Shown here piece after piece: positions 53,851-64,000 of a stretch of 64,000 nt of DNA. Under the pieces are notes generated by a model that saw only the letters and a list, made by a program, of their open reading frames with translations, had not been told where the DNA came from and made no database searches. The DNA comes from Eledone cirrhosa. Its lineage: Eukaryota. How positions within the stretch are numbered: position 1 is the first letter of the stretch; each line of letters opens with the position of its first letter. Where the stretch lies: contig OZ024743.1 in assembly GCA_964016885.1 (NCBI GenBank), positions 101,618,001-101,682,000 of the forward strand. Direction: 5' to 3'. The position numbers and the translations under genes were made by a program.

Positions 53851-56800
53851 GGACGTGCGGTAGATCGTCGGTAAGTTTTTGTAAAATTTTCTATACAAAA
53901 ACAGAATTTATTGTGTGAAAATTTATATTGTTTGATAGATTAACACCCAGGCTGAATTGTCAGCTGGGTGGCAATCTCAGTTTTCGCCCCACGGGGCCGG
54001 AAATTTTATTTGACAAATTTTCAAAAAATTTAATATTTTTGCTATTGATAATGGCTAACTTAGTAGAAGCAACGCTACTGAACGCTGACGAAGAAAGTAG
54101 AGAGAGAGAAATGCAGAGAGTAACGTTACCGCAACTTTTGTCTACGTAGGCGTCACCATGGAGACAAATAGTGACAACAAAGTTTTGTTTTGCCAAGAAG
54201 CCGAAAAATGCAACTTACAAGATGGACCACACAGCTTACAACAGACATCAAAAACCACAAAAAATGAAACAATAGACACAACTACAAACGGAAAAACCGA
54301 CAACCACAACAACAACAACAAAAAAAAAACTTATACAGAAACAGTCACAAATAATAATAACGTTACCTTTAACTCCGCATGTATTGGCGTCACCATGGAC
54401 ACCAATATGGACAACAAAACTAAAAACAAGATGGTACAACAGACAGAAAAAAACAACAGAAAATAAAACCATTGACACAACTACAAACGGAAAAACCCGA
54501 CAACCACAACAACAACAACAACAACACCAAAAAACTTTTGGGCAAACAGTCATCAAGACACAAGATTTCAAGGATCTCGATATCTCCAATGTGAAACAGA
54601 TGCTCTCAAAAGCAAAGGAGTTTATCACTTTCGGTGAAAACGGTGGATTTCAGATAAACTCACCCCCCAAAATTCGTCTGGAAACATTTCGAAGGACACT
54701 TACCTTCAGAACTGGTTCAAATGAATAAAAACGACCAGCATTCCTCAGTCAAGGGGAAATTGAGGCAAGCTTGAAGGAGATATTGCCAGACATTGACTTT
54801 ATGCAGAGGGCCAAACAGTACGGGAGTATTTCGGTACTCCTCAAAAGCGAGGCCCTTGCACAAAGATACTCAGTGACGCCAATACTGTCACAAAAATACA
54901 CCTTTTTCCCTACATACCTGGGAAAAAGGACACAAAAATTAGAGTTTCAAACATATCACCAAATATTAATATTTGGTGGATATTGACAGGATTTTTAGAG
55001 GAGAGAAAAGATACCATTCTCTCCATCAAAAAGTCAACCAGACACACCTGGTCTGGTACAAATTTGGAGATTCTTGTGCAAATGAGCCCGGAAAGAATCT
55101 CCAAAATACCAGAAAAAGTCCTGGTGGACAACAACAGCCACATAAACATTACGGTGGAGGGAGAAAACCACATTGCTTTCGTTGCAATAGCACCACTCAC
55201 CTATAGGCCTCCTGCCCTTTACAAACACACTCAACCAAAACAATACAAAAGATAACACTTTTACCAACACCGTCACCAAAACACCCACCACCACAACAAC
55301 AACAACTCACGAAAAAAGCAAACACACCAAAACAAACAGCCACTCAACCAACAAAAACAGAAAAAACACAGACAACACCCCTGAAGAACACAGCCCCACG
55401 CCATCCCACTCCATCAAACACTACCACAAACACACACACCGAAATACCATCATAACACAACATACCCCTACCCCACACTCCTGACGATGATTATTCATCG
55501 ACAGATGAGGCTGCTTCTCCTTCTTTAAGTGAAGAAGAATGAGAGCCTCGGAAATGTAAAAAGCAAAAAAAGAGACACTACAAAACCCCCAAAACTCCAA
55601 TCACCAACACCAACACACAACCACAGACACAAACAACAACACAAACAACACCACAGTCAAACATCCCCTACCAGCAAAACCAACACCAACACCACCCCAA
55701 ACAAAAGCACCCACCATAAAAAGAAAACTCCCGGACGAACAACAAACTAAAACAACACAACAGAAACACAAACAACAATACGCATACATCAACACAAACA
55801 ACAAGAGTTTGATGGAGGTTATCTCCCAAAACACCAAGGTGGAGACGGAGGGCAAAACTTTCGTCAAGGCAGAATCGTCTCCACACCTTAAACTTATAAG
55901 GGTTTCTATGGATTCTATAGTGACGTGAAAAATAAATTTTCGCAGGACGAGGAAAACCCCTGCCAGAAACCCATCAACCACGTCCTGTTAAAATGTTTCC
56001 CCACCCCACCCAACACCCCTCCAGCACCCAAATGGAGATTGAACAACAAGATCTCCAGGAAACGAAAAGGTAAGTGCACCTTTTGGTCGTTTTTCTCCAA
56101 CTCTTCTTCCCAAATATGGCTAGTTTACGAGTTGGAAGCGTGAATATACGTGGCCTAGGGATGCCCTGGAAACAGGGCCAACTTTTAAACGGCCTTAGGT
56201 CTCACGGTATGGATGTGATAGCCATCACCGAGTCCAGGATCCACAACAGGCAGCAACTAACCCCCATTTTCAATGACTTTGAGATCTACGCATCTCTCTG
56301 TCAGCCAGGAGGTGGAGCGGGAGTGGCTGTCATGTTTCGGAAGAACCTGGACGTCGAAGTACATCAAGTACACTTGGACCCGGAGGGTAGACTGGTAGGC
56401 CTAGACGTGAACAGTATTGTAGGTGGAGCCTTCAGACTGGTGGCCGTTTATGCCCCGACCGGGCAATCGCAATCACGGCCAGACTTCTTTAAGCGTCTAG
56501 AGTCTTTTCTGGGAACGTCTCGCTCCTTGCTTTTAGTGGGGGACTGGAATGGTATCCTAGATGCACGATGGGACTATGTGGGAGTATGTCCCAGTAGAGG
56601 GGTGCAACAGCCTCAAAACTTTAATCGGCCAATTCCACCTGGCCGATAGGTATCGACTGGATTTCCCAACTGCACCACAGTGGACGTGGGCAAACCGTAG
56701 CGGGACATCTAGATCGTATTTTGATAGGTTCTTCATTAGAGAAAGGGACAAGATGTTAAGCTGTCCACGAATGCACATGATAGAATACATAGACAGGGAC

Positions 56801-57810
56801 CCGGATACTGGAAGCTGAACGTGTCGTTACCGGCACGTAAAGCTTACAGTGAACGGATAAGTAGACTAGTCAAGCAACAGTTAACGGGAGCTATCGTCAA
56901 CAATAGATGGTGGTACTCTCTCAAGAAAGCAATTAGACTAGAATCGATAGGGTTTAGCAGAGAGTTAGCCTTAGAGAAAAACAGAATAGAAAGAGAACTA
57001 GTAGCCAAGGTAGGGGAGGCACTTAGAAGTGGCAACGCGGCTAGAGTGTTAGCGTCGAGAACGGCACTGGACCAGTTCTTCGATGCGAAACACGACGGCT
57101 GCAATCAGTGGAGAATCCACTTCGACATTCTATAGAGGGATTGTACGTTACAAGGGCGACAACGTGCTCGGAGAGACTCTGGGCGACGAAGACGATGAGC
57201 TCGGGACCTATGGACAACTTCCAGAGGTCCCTGGCCTGGCAGTGCTACCGAGGAGCTGTACAAGTTCGTGACAACATCTACACTGCCCGGGCGCAACCGA
57301 CCTGTGGAACTATGCAGAACAACTGTTGTCGCGTATGGGACAAATCCAGTTGACTGCCGAGTCCATAGTAAGGATCAAACCGCCAGCCTCTTTCAAAAAC
57401 GAAAGAGCGGCGGTTTTCCTCTGTACAGTGGCTATGGTGAAAGAGGTTATAGGGTGGACGAGATTGAGAGGACTGAGGACAGATGCCTTTCTCTCCGGAC
57501 ACAAATTGATTCCCTTCTTTAAGTATCACTTTAGAAGGAGATCAGAGTGGAGAGAGAGTCACTGCCCTCCAATAAATTTACTGAAAGGTGGGTGAATGTG
57601 GCAAAAATGGCTCGAGTGATTGGGCCTTCTCTGTTTATAAGCCTGTAGGTTAAAGAAGAGAGCAAAAGGAAGAAAGGAGCACTTGCACAACACGCTCCTG
57701 GAGTTGAGGGTTGTTCTATCGACGGGCTATTAAACAACCCATTTGTGGTGCTTTCCCCCTATTGGGGATTTCGATTGTTGTAATTGTTTGTTTTATATTT
57801 TTTACACGAC
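53851..57810 (+). mobile_element. Tx1-clade element 4 (heavily decayed, RT deleted, 3' terminus lost)
   Basis: ORF1 fragments ~54051-56073 (CFRCNSTTHL); ORF2 from ATG 56116 jumps from KHDGC to ISGES at ~57103; stop at 57646-57648. Confidence 0.88.
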
Positions 57811-57812
57811 TG

Positions 57813-57914
<102 letters not shown>

Positions 57915-58468
57915 CAAATATAATTTCAGCGAGATCGTATATCGGCGGTGGCCAAAACAAAACGAGACGCAACCTTCGAGATTTGCCGGCAAGAGCTCAA
58001 TGTTACTAATAGGAAACCAGAGCAATTAACATGCGTTATAAAGGCAAGATAAAATGAAAACAGTGGTCGCGAAGCCATCAGTCACCGTAGCCAAAAAAAC
58101 GAAATATTTATATATATATATCCAATTATCTTTATTTATCTGATTGCATACAAACCGATAATACAATCATACATAACAACGGACAATAGAAAAAATTATA
58201 TAATTTAAAGCCAGTAAATGTGTTGATATTTTGCAGTGTTAACCCGAAAGCTTTCTTAACGCTATTATATTACGGGGTCGATAAAATAAAGTACCAGTAA
58301 TGCACTGGGTAATTGCTGGCCTTGTGCCTAAAGTAGAAACAATTATATAAATATTTCAAACATATGCGTACAAGTGCACTTGACAAAACATACACACTCC
58401 TACACAGAGCCAAATATATAATACATGTATACACACATACACGCCACCATATTACACAGGCAAATATG

Positions 58469-58505
<37 letters not shown>

Positions 58506-58571
58506 TCTATATATATATACACACACATACATATATATATATAAATGTATGAGTGTATATATATATATGTA

Positions 58572-59604
58572 TACGCATGATGTTAAACTAGCCTGCTTTT
58601 AAATTCTTTTTTTGGCATATTACCAGTGAGACCTTGGTTACCATGTTGAGCTCTGCTGATGAACGAAATCCAACCGTGACCATCTCCACTGAAAGTATCT
58701 GTGAAATAGTCTTTTCAAGACTATACAGAGCATTTGAAGTTGTCCCAAATTGAAGGTTGAGTACTTTAGACCTTGTTTTATCATGAGTTAAGGCTCTATT
58801 GATTTTCTCCTGGATTTCTCTAAATTCTGTTGGATAAATCCATATCCTGATTCCTTTTGAATTGAGTCTGAATTATTTTTCCCATATCTTATGTTAACTA
58901 TTTTCCCATTTTGACGCTATAGTCACATATGGAATACTCTTAGCTTCTCGCTACAACAACTTCTATACTTTTCATTTATATATATATATACTCGGATTTA
59001 TTTCTTAGAGTGCTTAAATTATTTGTGACTAATCCCGGTATTTAAAAAAAAAAGACCGCGATGATGTTGCTTTTTGCTGAACTCCTTTGGTAGAGTTTTC
59101 TTTCGGAATGTTTTTGACTGTTGTTTCATGTAAACAAACATTTGTCTCATTCTGACGTCACCAGCCCTGTTTTTCCACATATGCGTTTATTTTAATAACC
59201 ACGCATGATGTTAAACTAGCCTGCTTTTAAATTCCCTTTTTGGCATATTACCAGTGATACCTTGGTTACCATGTTGAGCTCTGCTGACGAACGAAATCCA
59301 ACCGTGACCATCTCCACTGAAAGTTTTCGTGAAATAGTCTTTTCAAGACTATACAGAGCATTTGAAGTTGTCCCAAATTGAAGGTTGAGTACTTTAGACC
59401 TTGTTTTATCATGAGTTAAGGCTCTATTGATTTTTCCCTGGATTTCTCTAAATTCTGTTGGATAAATCTATATCCTGATTCCTTTTGAATTGAGTCTGAA
59501 TTATTTTTCCCATATCTTATGTTAACTATTTTCCCATTTTGACGCTATAGTCACATATATGTTATGGAATACTGTTAGCTTCTCGCTACAACAATTTCTA
59601 TACT

Positions 59605-59610
<6 letters not shown>
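58572..59610. repeat. Two ~400 bp near-identical direct repeats (58572-58975 and 59200-59610)
   Basis: ACGCATGATGTTAAACTAGCCTGC...CTATACTTTTCAT is duplicated with few substitutions. Confidence 0.85.
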
Positions 59611-59658
<48 letters not shown>

Positions 59659-59769
59659 TCATACATTTATATATATATGTATATATTTATATATATGTAT
59701 TTGTATATGTATGTATATATTTATATATATGTATTTGTATATGTATGTATGTATCTATCTATCTATCTA

Positions 59770-60099
59770 GGGCGGGTAAAATTCCCGAGATCCATGGACG
59801 AGTTCTCTCCATCGGGCTCTGTCCCTCATTATCGCTGCCATGTCCTGCGTCTCCAACAGACCAGTGCCTGTCCTTAGGGCATCGACACGAGAATGCTGAG
59901 GATGGCTCTGAACATTAATCAGTATACACTGAGGATGAAAAACCCAGAGCTGTATGGGAGCCTCCCAAATGTCAGCTCAAATGTGACACACAGGAGACTG
60001 AGGTTAGCTAGACATGCCCACCGACATCCAGAATTTACATTGCACTCAGTGCTCCTGTGGGAGCCCCTACATGGACACACTGGAAGAGGAAGACCAAGG

Positions 60100-60100
<1 letters not shown>
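59770..60100 (+). mobile_element. RTE-like LINE C-terminal fragment
   Basis: [32 protein letters not shown] motif. Confidence 0.65.
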
Positions 60101-60144
<44 letters not shown>

Positions 60145-60155
60145 ATGTATATATA

Positions 60156-60218
<63 letters not shown>

Positions 60219-60367
60219 CATAATAATGAAACAAATAAGTCAGGGTCTTGTAGATAATTAATCCAAAAAATGTATCCATATACTGACTAGTCGATACCAG
60301 CTCTGCGACTCCATAGTGTTAGCCACGAGAAATTTAATCTATTCTGCTATACATCCCCAGAAACCAA

Positions 60368-60493
<126 letters not shown>

Positions 60494-60516
60494 ACACACA
60501 CACATATATATATCTA

Positions 60517-60547
<31 letters not shown>

Positions 60548-61088
60548 TCCTCACCCTTCACTCACTCATTCTCTGTCACTACCTCTCCTCCTCCTCTTTC
60601 TTCCCGTTTGACCTGTGTGTAATTCTTTTCTCTCGCACGCTGACCAAGCTGGTATGAATTTTTTCTCTCTCTCGTCTACGATTTCACAGAACTTATGTTT
60701 ACCGAATTCGCAGACCAGACCCCTTCTTCCTCCCGTTAGACCTGTGCGAAATTCCTTCCTTGCTCACATTTCAACCAGGTTTAAAAGGTCTTTATTCTCT
60801 CGTTCACGATTTCACCGAATTTAAATTCATAGAAATCTGGGACTTGTCTCTTTCTTCCTCACATTCTGTTGCTTCACCATTTTGTTTGTTTACCCTCGCG
60901 TCCCCTTTATTTACGTGACCCAACGACTTTTTTTAGCCGTTGCTCGCACCAGCCGGAGGTATATGGTCTTTAAAGCGATCAAATGCCTATAATGGTTGTA
61001 AGATCACTGATGAAGGACGAGGACAAACTTTTTTCATATGTAACCCATTTGCAACTCCGAAGCGCCCTTATTATCATATATATATATA

Positions 61089-61169
<81 letters not shown>

Positions 61170-61652
61170 AAAAAAGATGAAATCGAAAATGCAACTGGAG
61201 TCGTTTTTTAGAAAAATATATTTATTTGGTTCCTTTACCGGTTTCGCAGTTCTTGTGCTTTTCAAAAGTAGAATTTTTGTACGGCTGTTACTTAAATATA
61301 TGTATGTACACGTACATACATATATGTATACAGACGTACAGTAGGATGTATATATATATATACATACATGCACACATATATATATGTACGTATGGATTCA
61401 CCGAACATTTATTATAATGCTCGGTGTGTTTGTAAACAAACATCCCGTATACATATATGTATGTACGTGTACATATTTATATTTAAGTAACAGCCGTACT
61501 AAGAGTGGTAAATGAAATTTCGTTTCATTTTTTCCGTTTATCGTTTTCGGTGCACCCGGCCGATTAACCCACTCGATATGCAAATTGGGCTACTCAGCCG
61601 TTAATATGCATAAGGTAAGTATATACGTTGAACAATCTGGCAGGAAGGTATA

Positions 61653-61693
61653 CGTTGCTGACGATAGTTAATAAGCTTGAAACTAGTACAGCG
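61653..61693 (+). ncRNA. Minimal type I hammerhead ribozyme (third copy of the 19.8/20.3 kb family)
   Basis: CGTTG-CTGACGA-TAGT-TAATAA-GCTT-GAAA-CTAG-TA-CAGCG. Confidence 0.8.
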
Positions 61694-61972
61694 TTCCTTT
61701 GTCAGTGTTGAACAAACGAGCAACGATGGTTGCTGGACACTACGGCTTAATACGGGATATTTGTTTACAAACACACCGAGCATTATAATAAATGTTATGT
61801 GAATCCATACGTACATATATATATATGTGTGCATGTATGTATATATATATACATACTACTGTACGTCTGTATACATATATGTATGTACGTGTACATACAT
61901 TTATATATATATACACACACATATATATATTCATACGTATGTATACAAATATATATATATATATGTGTGTGT

Positions 61973-62100
61973 GGAGGCGTGTGGCTGAGTGGTTAGAGAA
62001 TTGGATTCGCAATCGTAAGGTTGTGAGTTCGATTCCTGGACAGGGCGATGCGTTATGTCCTTGAGCAAGACACTTTATTTCACGTTGCTCCTTTTACCTG
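61973..62100 (+). mobile_element. tRNA-derived SINE head
   Basis: A box TGGCTGAGTGG, B box GTTCGATTCC, then TGTCCTTGAGCAAGACACT core; no intact cloverleaf. Confidence 0.7.
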
Positions 62101-62689
62101 GAGTTGCGACCGATAGATAGTATTAGCAATTTGAAAGACCAACGGAAACATTGTTTCGTCGGTCCGATTTGACGAAAGTCGATCGTTTAAAAAATATATA
62201 TATATACATATATATATATAGGAAAAAGTAGGACTAGTCCAGAAATAGCCATCGAAACGGCTTGAGCTCTGCCGTCGGGGTCATAATTTTTCCTATTTCC
62301 CACTCTACTACCCTAAGTATTGAGTACTCTGGTGCGTTATGGTCCATCTGGTTCCTTACCACAATTCCTTTGTTATATACATATATATATAGAGATGAGT
62401 TTCTACAGGACTAGAACTGTTTCATTCTGTAGAAATCATCAGGAATCTGGCTTTCCAAAAATAAATGTAGTGGTATTTATATCTTTTCAGGTGGTAGGAG
62501 AGGGTGGAGAGTGGGATGGGTGGAGGTCATTGGTTGAAAGAAAAGGGAATTCATTAAAAGCTAATTCATTAAAAGCGTCTCTATTAGAATCTCTGGCCTC
62601 TCTGCCAACGAAGATATTTTTAACGCTTCTGCCTCCTACTACAATGACGCCCTCGCCCTCAGCGGATTTAATGAAAAGATAACCTACCT

Positions 62690-63580
62690 AGAAACCACCG
62701 CAAGACTGCATAGGAGGAATAAGCATAGGCAGATTAGCTGGTACAACCCTTCCTTCAATAGAGAGGTCTCTACACCTATAGCTAGGATTTTCTTCACTTT
62801 GCTGAACACACACTTCCCCATACAACATAAGTACTACACCATCTTTAATAAGAACACAATAAGACTCACCTACTCCACCACACATAACCTAGCTAGGAAT
62901 ATAGCCAATCACAATTCTAAAAAATTAAATAAGCCAACCACCTCCGAACCCAATCCCCGAACTGGGGCCTTGTGTAATTGCCTAAATAAGGAAGCCTGCC
63001 CACTTGAAAACAAATGCCTGACAAATGATATCGTATACAAATGCGATGTCATCTCAGGCACCGATGATTGCAACAACAAAAGACTTACATCGGCATGACT
63101 TCCAGTAACTTTAAGACCCGGTGGTATGCCCATAACCACTCCTTCAGAGACCGGACAAAACAAACCAGACAACCCTCGCCTTCTATGTTTGGGACCTCAA
63201 AAGGAACTCCACCCTCTTCACGCTTAAATGGAAAATACTCCAGAAAGCGCGCCGATACAACGGAGGAAAAAGTGCCGCGACCTTTGTATCTCAGAGAGCT
63301 ACGAAATTTTATTCGACAAGGGCCGCTACTGAACAAACTCTCTGAACACTGCCCGAACTGCATGCACAAAAACTTTGCAATTTTCAAATACCTTAAGCCG
63401 TGTTAATGCCCGATGGCTAAAAACGGCTTCCCCCTCCTTTTTTTAAACGCCAGCCGACAAAATAGACCCTCTACCTCCTTCCCACCCCACCCCTACCCCT
63501 CCTGAACTTGAAACACGGCACTATGGTTATGTAAGTACCTCTTACATATCTGCATTTTCTGCTTGTAGAGCTGTTTTTAT
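62690..63580 (+). mobile_element. Penelope-like element 3' part (linker plus GIY-YIG endonuclease, frameshifted)
   Basis: SWYNP, HFP..HK..IFNKNT, CNC...CPL...CL..IVYKC and YIGMT..FKTRWYAH motifs; a pLTR/hammerhead 3' half of the 5.7 kb family lies at ~62235-62380. Confidence 0.85.
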
Positions 63581-63795
63581 GTGCCTGTGTATATGTGTAT
63601 ATTTATGAGTACATGTTTGTATGTATTTGTATGAGTGGCCGTTCGTTTGTATGCATATCGCTGTGTGTACGTGCGTTCACATGTACCTGCATTTGGGCAT
63701 GTTTGTGTATGTTTGTGTGTATATATATATGTGTATGTGTATATATGTGTATATGTGTGTATGTGTATGTGTGTATATATGTATGCATGTATATA

Positions 63796-63826
<31 letters not shown>

Positions 63827-63919
63827 GTATATGTGTGTGTGTGTATGTATGTGTATATATGTATATATATATATATATATATGTATATGTATGTGTATAT
63901 ATATATATATGTATATATA

Positions 63920-63950
<31 letters not shown>

Positions 63951-64000
63951 GTATGTATATATATATATATATATGTGTGTGTATATATTTATATATATAT

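Noticed and set aside
61973-62050. tRNA gene
   Set aside because: A and B boxes are present but the acceptor stem is poor and a SINE core follows

Overview
This is repeat-dominated eukaryotic DNA with no recognisable host protein-coding exon. It is AT-rich and microsatellite-dense, and the SINE types resemble those of octopus/cephalopods (inference). The dominant structure is a ~22 kb head-to-tail array (35914-57810) of four diverged Tx1-clade (L1 group) non-LTR retrotransposons. Each has a zinc-knuckle ORF1 and an APE-RT-CCHC ORF2, and each sits directly behind a (TATC)n = (GATA)n microsatellite. A ~50 bp 3'-end copy lies in a GATA-like tract on the opposite strand. All four carry a consensus 5' splice donor at the end of ORF1 and use a pyrimidine-preceded TAG|G as the ORF2 stop, so ORF2 looks like one intron; in three copies the donor phase differs yet splicing gives a stop within 1-4 codons. 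Decay increases from element 1 to 4. The rest is a near-full-length RTE LINE, CRE-, R4/Dong- and RTE-like fragments, two Helitron derivatives, a hAT MITE, many tRNA-derived SINEs, and Penelope-like remnants carrying type I hammerhead ribozymes. Several hammerheads have the compensatory U3-A8 core, and several lie in fold-back palindromes. Most short ORFs in the track are microsatellite or antisense artefacts.
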